Assembly (NCBI GenBank): GCA_951406725.2
Contig: OX597828.1
Span: forward strand, 32,612,001-32,676,000
DNA length: 64,000 nucleotides
Reading direction: 5' to 3'
Origin: Octopus vulgaris
Taxonomy: Eukaryota
The notes beneath the pieces are model-generated. The model was given only the letters and a program-made list of their open reading frames with translations. It did no database searches and was not told the origin of the DNA. How positions within the stretch are numbered: the stretch's first letter is position 1; every line of letters starts with the position of its first letter. Of the stretch, positions 55,373 to 64,000 are shown in pieces. The translations under genes were made by a program, and so were the position numbers.

Positions 55373-57309
55373 TAGTATTATTATTAGCAAAATTAGAAGA
55401 CTGCCAATGTTATCAAGTGGTATTTCGATATCTCGTGTATCTTCCTCAGTTTCAAAAAATTGGCAATCTTTTAGGACTGCATTAGTTATATGATCCGATT
55501 TCATACAGGTGTACGCATTTTAAAAGACCCTTGGTTGTTTTCACTAGAAAATCACAGGCCAAGTGTCGTAACGAAGTAAAGAAGTAAAATGTCCTTTCTC
55601 GTTAACACGATGGCTACAATCGTGATGTTGTTGTTGCTATCGTCATCGTCGTTGTTGTCTTTTGTTGTTATCGTTGTTCTTATTGTTGTTATTTTTCTTG
55701 TTCCTGTTATTGAAGTTGCCGTTGGGCAACTGTACATGCAGAGAGTATTTCGACAAAGCGTGTATCTAGTACAGCATTTTCATGTGTAATGGTAATTTTT
55801 CGGAGGGAATAAATATATATTTGACGGAGATTTTGTTAGAGTTAGGAGGCCTTGTGACCTTAGAGAGTCTCACTTGCTAACTAGAACATATTTTCTTTGT
55901 TTCTTGTTCCAAGATTAAGACAGTTAATTATGAGATGTGATGTTTGCTGTATGGAAATCCTGCTGTTGTGCCCTCGATACAATCGGCGCGCATAACTCTT
56001 AAACAAGAAAAGTTTGACTGGGGATATATTTATGTGAAAGAATAAATGTGTAGATGTATTGATTGTAGTAGTATTGCTCCTAGTTCTTGTGTCGCCCATA
56101 ATCGCCCAGAAGATGTAGCAGTATGACTACAGTCCTTCCATCATAAAAATCCCATCTTTTTGCCTATTCACACTGGCATGATACAGAGTTTCCTAAATCA
56201 ATGGAAACAGAATGGTGTTGTATGCAAGTTAACTGCTTTTTCAGGCAGACCGTTTGACGATATAGCAATTCGCTATTTCAGTTGTTTTTCAGTTTGGATT
56301 GTCTATTTTTGCTGGTGTGGGCGTTAGTGGTAGTAGTGATGTGCTCTTGTCTTGATGGTGGTGAAGGTGATGATGATCATGGTGGTGGTGATGGTGGAGG
56401 GGTTTCGTACTGGAGATATTGCCTGGAGTAGTGAATATGTAACTATTTACTGAAATATTGGCTGTGAATATTTACCTTTGGTTTTAGAAATAAGCAGACG
56501 CCATAATCATCGATAACACAACGTGCTGTTTGTTTCTCTTTCTAGAGTCAAATGTTCATCTTGGGTATAATACATACACGAATCAACAACGCAAAATGTC
56601 TTGCACTAAATACACTGCATGAAGTAATATTGAGAAATTGTTTTTCGTCTCACCAATCGGATATTAGGAATTTCATGACTTTCCTGAAGGTAATAGTTAA
56701 GTAGTGAGTCATAATGTCTCCGATTAATATTTAGAAATGTGTTGTTTTCTTATTATTCTTTCAGCAACAACATACTTCTTACTCCTCGTCATTCTACATT
56801 TTGTATTTACAATGAATGAGAAGTAAATCAGTTTTAACCAAGTTTACGTCTGTGAAAATATCTTTTATTGATTAGAAAAACACAGACGAATACACACTCA
56901 CACACACATACATAAACCCACATAGCTAGACACACCAATATGTACACACACAAATACACACTGACCCGAACATACAAAAAAGTGCAAAGACACGGAAAAT
57001 TATCCGAATTCTATTTAACGTTATTTCTATTCGTAATTTTGTTCTGCTTTTGTTTTCACTTTCGAGGCTTTTCATTTCAAATCCATTTGGGTTTAGTATT
57101 TTTCGTTTCATTGAAATATTTGTTTTAAATGTTTAATTAGTCAATGACAATAATTGTGTGTGACAATGATATCAAAGATTTTGTTAATCTTTAAACTGAT
57201 CTTCGTGTAGAGAATGGGTTAAAGCATGTTACATTTCGTATGCTCGTTTCTCTCTAAGTAGCATCTTTATCACATTTTAGAAACAAAAGCACATTTCAAC
57301 TCGATGGCT

Positions 57310-57900
57310 AGGAATAGCAACCAAATATCCCTTTAATCAAATCTTGAAATAAAACACGCATTGGAACTTTTTTGTGTTTGACATATAAAATAGAGTGGAA
57401 TGAAGGTAGAGTGCCAAAGTTGTTTCGGGATGACCTGAATCTCATGATTAGAACTATATCAGTGAATTTGGTGGTCGGGGACATGAGCAGTTGGGGAAAG
57501 TGGGGGTTTCTGAAGGAATATTTTAAAGTCACCTATACGTGGGAGCGAACCAAATCCCTTCAAACCTCTAGTCGTTTTCCTCCAAGTGTCCTTCACTTTA
57601 GTGTAAGTGAGGGACTAGGACCTGATATTGGATGCTCGTTAAGATCACTTAGATGCGTGATTGATGTTAAGAGAGGAGGGCTAAATATCCTCGCCAACCT
57701 ACCTCGACATTTCAAAGAGTCTGACAGGTATCGTCTCTCCAAATGTGCTAATGTAAAAATGGACAAACAACCACCGACCATCCACATCGTATCTAAATAG
57801 ATTATTCTACAGGCCGGTGTAGAAATTTGTTACGGTTGGCATACAAAAGCGTCGTCGGCAAAAATGAGGTTAGTGGAAGACGAATTCATCGATCACAGCA
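57310..57900 (-). mobile_element. Decayed LINE RT/C-terminal fragment (Tx1/L1-like)
   Basis: NLIFADD followed by remnants LERRYLS..LK.RG, HP and HFPQL. Confidence 0.4.
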
Positions 57901-58039
57901 CACCAACTTTAAGTGAGCAAATTAGTAAATTAAGGAAAAACAGATTTTCACGATTGTCGATAAAAAAAATGGTGCATCGCCATGAAAAAGATGATTAGGT
58001 GAGAATTAATAAGTTTTATTCAGGTTACAGTGTTAGAGG

Positions 58040-58790
58040 AAAATAAGAAAATACCTTCAATCAACGTACTCAGAACTAAACTGGCAATTGATTAATTATC
58101 TAATGCGGATCATGAACGCTGCGTCGTCAGAGCTACGCCGCCTAATCTAGCCAACTAGGGGAAGAAGAATGCAATTCAATAGGCCCGTACGCAGAGGTGC
58201 AACATTGTAACAAAGCCACAATTTGGTCGTAGTTAGATCATAATGTTACTCGACTCCAAGGAGATGTGAGTAGTTATTCGTAGCATTTTGATTGACAATT
58301 CGGGACAGGAGGCAGGTCTGAACGCAGAAATTATTTCAGTGTATAAGTGGACGGCCTGGTCCGACTCTCTGAAAGAAAGGCAGAAAGTTGCGAAAGGCCA
58401 CAGGAGCAGGGAAAACGATGGATGTTTGCATAGCAGCCGGACAAACTGCCGGATTGGTGGGTCTGCTCTATAATCATCATTTTTGTTGTCAAATTTGTTT
58501 GGAGAATTCTTGACAGATATCCACTGGAACTGGCAGCAGAACGGAAAAAAATCCCATTTCTGTGAATCGAAGAGCGGATCGCTACAGAGCAATAACCGGA
58601 GCAACAGGCATCATATTGATACTTTTTGGATCATAATTCTGTTTAATTCCGATTACAAAATTTTGATCGAGCTGTTACCAAATAGGTTGTTGCAAATGGA
58701 CGCAATCCTAAACTGATCTAGGTACAAAAACGCATGTGATACATCCTAGGGAGGGAAGATAATAAAGATGGCTTGCTGAGGCCCTGATCG
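58040..58790 (+). mobile_element. Tx1/L1-like LINE ORF2 fragment (region before the RT core)
   Basis: LFGEFLTDIHWNWQQNG...IILFNSDYKILIELLPNRL matches the RPITLLNxDYKILAKxLANRL motif. Confidence 0.7.
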
Positions 58791-60025
58791 ATTGAAATGT
58801 TTCTTTATATTCTACCACGAATACTTGGCTACTGACCCCAAGGCAACCAGTTTCTGTCTCGTTTTCCGCTCATTCCATCAAGATATTTAATTATTTTCTC
58901 TTCTGTATATTATGATTCGTCAACGCCAGCAGAGGAACCGATAGGTTTTGGTGGCATCCCATTGTAGAAAAGCTACCAATTCTCAAGACACATAAAGTCA
59001 TCAAATGTAAAAAGCAACCCAAATCCCTGAAAAGACTTCTAACAAATGCAAAGATACACACTACACTCACGAAACCAATGGTCAATAAATATGGTCGTTC
59101 AAACTGTGGAACACGCCCAGACTTACTGAACGGCTTGAAATTCCAATTTTAACAATTTAAGAAGTTCACAATTAAGACCATCTTCCCTTGAGCATCCCAG
59201 AAATTAATTTATACATTCTTCAGTTTGTCACTTAGATGGGGATTTACACTGCATAAGGAACAGATCCGTTTCCCAAGGTATGTCTTTGAGTGAACACATA
59301 GAGAGATGTGTAGGGAATCTCTAAACAAATTTCAGAGTTTTCCCCATTTACTAGTGCTAAGAAACAATTTCTGTACAATAACGTTTACATACAGAACCTT
59401 TATTTATCGAAAAATACAGAACACGTCTAAATATGAACACATAACCAACTTCCGTCTCCGTATATATTTTAATTCAGGATCAAATCCATCACTGTGCATA
59501 TTTTACCTCTCTACTTTAGCTCATGAGTTTGACATGTTTCTTTCTTCCACCCCCAAAATGAGCAATTATCTCATCTAGCCTGAATAATAACTATTATCAA
59601 TTACTTCCCTTAGACCTTTCTACTAGTTGATTCATTCAAAAATTTTCATACAAAAGCATGGACTAAAAATTTCTTGGGAAAATACGAACTCACAATAATT
59701 TCAATGTCATGATTAGCGGAAACGAAACCGGTCGACAACCACAATACACTTTCATTTAAAATATATTAAAAGTATGTAAATGGTGTGAATTTTCTTCTTT
59801 TATTATATATATTCTTTGCATTACATCTCATAACGTGGGGATAATCGAAATTCTCTTCCTCCCTTTTCTTCTACAATATGTGTGTGTGTGTGTGTACACA
59901 CATTATATGCATATACATATTAGATATTGCATATATACGCATGTGATACATATAGACAGCTGAAAAAATTAGTCCTTACAGAACATATAGGATTGAATCA
60001 GACAATGCTCATTCATTTCTTTTGC

Positions 60026-60068
<43 letters not shown>

Positions 60069-60539
60069 TATATATATATATGCAGTATATGTATTAGAAA
60101 TATGTATAAAGCGATTCTGCTTGAAGGAATTATGGAAAACACTCAGTACTTTTATATCAATGAGTATAAATATTTTTCAATGCTGTATGTTTAAAATGCA
60201 GTCAGTTTCATATTCCTTACGTTTGGTATCACAGAATATAAATCAGTTGATATGATATGAATTAGATATAATACACTTCATTCTCAGGCCTTATATCTGT
60301 TTTTACATATGAAAGCCTTTCTCGTAGGAGATATTTTCTATTATAGCAATTATTATTAACACAACGCTTCTTCCTGGATCTGTCTTATTTCTTTAGACAG
60401 TAATAGAGATGGAAATTAAATGATATTCAATGAATAGGTTCTATCATAATAAGGAAACGTGATTTCCCTCTTGAACAGTACTGTAAAAACGTTTCAAAAG
60501 ATTTTTCCTGTGACATAAAAGAATTAACAACTATCACAT

Positions 60540-60547
60540 TAATAATA

Positions 60548-60629
<82 letters not shown>

Positions 60630-60651
60630 TAATAATAACAACAACAACAAC

Positions 60652-60684
<33 letters not shown>
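60540..60684. repeat. (TAA)n microsatellite
   Basis: Directly visible. Confidence 0.95.
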
Positions 60685-60685
<1 letters not shown>

Positions 60686-60687
60686 TA

Positions 60688-61221
60688 TGCCCGGATGCAG
60701 TACTAGCTGGTGTCTCTCATGGCTTCTGATCTAAACTGATTGGAAGTGTTATCACGTACATTGCTTTGTCTTGGTATAAAGGATGGGCTATAGCAAATAT
60801 TCTGCTCAATACCACAGTTTTGCTTGTCGGTTGTTTGACCTTAACCAGTTGACCATGTCCTTTAGTGGATGACAATATATGCGTCCCTGAACACAAGCAG
60901 AAATAGTGGGGGAGCCTCATAGCAGTGTGTTGAAAGGAATTCTTAGAAACATGGGTGTTTCGTTCAACATCTTTAGATAATCCTTATTCAGGGACCTTTT
61001 GAGCGGCATGGGCTACTCGACCACAAGAAAATTCTAACTGGGCCCCATCTGCAAGGTCATGTGCTGTTTATCTTGATATGAGATCACCATGTCTCGGACA
61101 TATATTTGTAATGTATGTGCCTGGTGTACACTTATCAGACGGTTAGTCATGATGGGTATACTGGGCTTCGTATATTTTACCCCAATGTCACTTTCATAGC
61201 ATGCACTGCTCTCTCACTCAA
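60688..61221 (+). mobile_element. ~535-bp non-coding interspersed repeat in (TAA)n, copy B
   Basis: TGCCCGGATGCAGTAC...CACTGCTCTCTCACTCAA between two (TAA)n tracts; matches copy A. Confidence 0.85.
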
Positions 61222-61235
61222 TCAATAATAATAAC

Positions 61236-61284
<49 letters not shown>

Positions 61285-61326
61285 TTAATAATAATAATAT
61301 TAATAATAATAATAATAATAATAATA

Positions 61327-61368
<42 letters not shown>

Positions 61369-61416
61369 ATGGTGATGATGATGACGACGTCGACGATGAT
61401 GACGATGATTATGATG

Positions 61417-61486
<70 letters not shown>

Positions 61487-61488
<2 letters not shown>

Positions 61489-61910
61489 CCCAGAGAAAAT
61501 AATAATCTCGAAAAGAATAGGCATCTCAAGACGGTTACGATAACGATACGATTGTAGGAGCACTTGGAAATCTCAAATAAGGAACTGAAAATTATTTAAG
61601 AAAGATCCCTGACTTACTATCCATACAGGAAGCGCAAAACATTGTCTTAACTGGTAATTCCCACGTAGTGAGAAGAGCAATGTTCCTGTGAATTTTCTTT
61701 GCTTTTTCCCCATTATTGTTTTTGTTTACTTTTTCTTGTTTTCTTCTATCCTTCTCTTTTATTCCTCCCTGTCCTTCTTCCTCTTTTTCGCTATTACATG
61801 ACTTTGTAAAAGAACAATGTGGTGTATTTGTTTCAATGGCCAACCAATGTATACATTGAGTTTCCCTGTCCTGTGTGTCTGGAAGAAATAGTAACATTGA
61901 AAGATGCTAA
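61487..61910 (+). mobile_element. R4/Dong-like LINE extreme 3' end plus UTR
   Basis: IVGALGNLK*GTENYLRKIPDLLSIQEAQNIVLTGNSHVVRRAMFL*. Preceded by (TAA)n and followed by TAA/(GAT)n. Confidence 0.8.
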
Positions 61911-62056
61911 TAATAATGATGATGATGACGAAGATGATGATGATGATGATGACGATGACGATGATGATGATGATGATGATGATGACGACGATGATGATGA
62001 TGACGACGACGATAATGATGATGATGACAATGATGGGGATGATGAGGAGGAGGAGG
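61911..62056. repeat. (GAT/GAC)n trinucleotide repeat
   Basis: Directly visible; explains the poly-D/M/S ORFs. Confidence 0.95.
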
Positions 62057-62179
62057 TTGATACCACACACTTGGATAATAAAAAAAAAGGAATTGAAATA
62101 CATGGAGTAGCAGAGAATACGAGAATTCTTATGTGGGACAGCATGAAACGCTGGATAATGGAATAGACAGCGGGGAATC

Positions 62180-62685
62180 TTTGTGCTGGAAATACTCCAC
62201 GTGAGTGAAGTACTGCAGAAAACAAAGCTGGGGTATGATCTGGGAAGAGGTAAGGGAAAATTAAACCACTTGCTATTCATGGACGACCTGAAGCTATTCA
62301 CAAAAACTGAGGCAGAACTGGACAGCCTAGTCCAGTCTGTGAGGATTTATTCCAATAATTTTAAGATGGAGTTTGAACTCTCAAAGTGCACTGCGGTGGT
62401 GATGAGACGAAGAAAGCTTACCAGGACAGAGATCATATGGTTCATAAAGACAATTCAACCTCAATCCAGCTATAAATACCAAGAACTACTTGATGCAGAT
62501 AGAATCAAACACAATGACAGGAAGGAAAATACAAAATGAGAGGACCAGCGGCGTGTGAGAAAAATATTGGTATCCAAGCTAAATGCCAGAAACATAATTT
62601 TAACCAGAATCTCGCGTGCAGTCACGTTATTTCGGTATGGCGCTGGAATCCTAAAGGTGCTGACGAGGCTCATTTGGACGCAAAA
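62180..62685 (+). mobile_element. R4/Dong-like RT fragment 1
   Basis: KLNHLLFMDDLKLF...MEFELSKC...YKY...RVRKILVSKLNARN...FRYGAGIL. Confidence 0.9.
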
Positions 62686-64000
62686 AACAACTCTTAATCA
62701 ATCGCATGATCCTTGAGAACTATCATGACAAACGAAGAAATCTCAGTCCTGCATAGATTGATTATAAAAATGCCTTTGACAGCATACTGCATTCATGGAT
62801 CTTGACATCGCTGAATATCTTCAAAATCTCTTCTGTGATTTCAATCTTCCTGAAGCACAACATTTCGGTGTGTTATACCAATTTCCAATTATACCACTGA
62901 TGGGGTGCTGCCCACAAAAAAATTAATATCAAGTGCAGTGACCCACTTTCACCTTTACTTTTTTGGATAGCCCTAATAGCCCTTACAAGTGAATTTAACA
63001 GGACAGGGTATGGGTATAAAACTTGCGACAAGAATATAATTCGTCTATTTTATTTGGATAACCTAAAACTCTATGGCAAAGACGCTAATGAGCTTGAAGG
63101 ACTACTACGTACTGTGAAAGCATTAAGTGATGACAAAGGGATGGAATTTGGTCTTGATAAGTGTGCCAAAGCCGCGTTCCACGAAGGGGCGTTGAAGACC
63201 TCACATTCAATGGTGTTAGATGGTGACACAGTAATAAAAGATCTCAAGCCGGAACAAATAAATACATCGGAGTCATTGAGGGATCTGGCATTCGACATGC
63301 AAGTATGAAAGAGACGATCAGGAAGGAATGTTACATGAGAGTTAGAGCAGTCCTAAAATCCGAGTTACATGCACGTAACATGGTGTTAGCTATACATTCC
63401 TTAGCAGTTCCTGTTGTTATTTACACTTTCAATACTGGCATATGGCCGAAATAAGGACGATTGACAAGAAAATATGTAAGCTGCTCACTTGCAATAAGAT
63501 ACACAAAGCCAGATGCAGATCGTCTTTACCTACCCAGAGCTCAAGGAGGTCGAGTCTTGATCCAATTTGTAATCTCTAATAAAATTCACCACAATCGGAG
63601 TGGCAAAATATCTTGAAACATAGAATCACTGGATGCGAAAACTCGTTGAAATCTACGAGAAACATAAGAAGTTTTATTCTGTCATGAAGGAGAGCAAATA
63701 ATTTCAAATGAGCTTATGCATAATACCAACCTGAACAACATGATGGAATAGCATGATGTAGGATGGTGAAATCAATAGCAAAGCGACATTCGTTTGGAAA
63801 ATTGACAGACAGGTGAGAACAAAATCCTCTGCATGACAAATATGTGGTCCGTAGCAAACGAGCTGATGCAGACCAGAAGCACACGCATCAGTGGCTTCAA
63901 ATCTCAATGCTGAAAGCTGAGTATGAAGGTTTTCTCTCGGATACACAAGATCAGAGCTTATTGACCCGGAACTATCAAGCCAATTTGATGAAAAATAGAG
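62686..64000 (+). mobile_element. R4/Dong-like RT fragment 2 (runs off the window)
   Basis: QLLINRMILE, IDYKNAFDSILHSWI, DPLSPLLF, YLDNLKLY, MEFGLDKCAK and DRLYLPRAQGGR, with many stops and frameshifts. Confidence 0.92.

Noticed and set aside
61759-62301. Acidic poly-D ORF with CPVC preceding an RT fragment
   Set aside because: It is a (GAT)n microsatellite between LINE fragments, and the CxxC lies in the LINE 3' UTR.

Overview
AT-rich eukaryotic DNA, intergenic or intronic, with a very high microsatellite load. The SINE families and repeat landscape look like an octopus (cephalopod) genome; this is inferred, not proven. I found no intact host protein-coding gene, rRNA, tRNA or CRISPR array. 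Most ORFs in the track are microsatellite translations, chance ORFs or pieces of decayed transposons. Recognisable contents: two mariner relics, one Tc1 relic, one FLYWCH-MULE relic, several Penelope-like element (PLE) fragments (RT and GIY-YIG), R4/Dong-like RLE LINE fragments sitting in (TAA)n tracts, Tx1/L1-like and CR1-like LINE pieces, and many tRNA-derived SINEs. The most interesting non-coding signals are: (1) minimal type I hammerhead ribozyme motifs (10227-10262 minus, 17693-17735 plus, and a U3-A8 core variant at 21826-21862 minus); (2) a ~535 bp non-coding element present twice, in opposite orientations, each time in the same polarity within (TAA)n, which is a candidate Dong-mobilised element; (3) two unannotated TA-flanked inverted-repeat elements; (4) a 3' tail shared between a LINE and a SINE family. 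All alignments were made by eye and boundaries are approximate.
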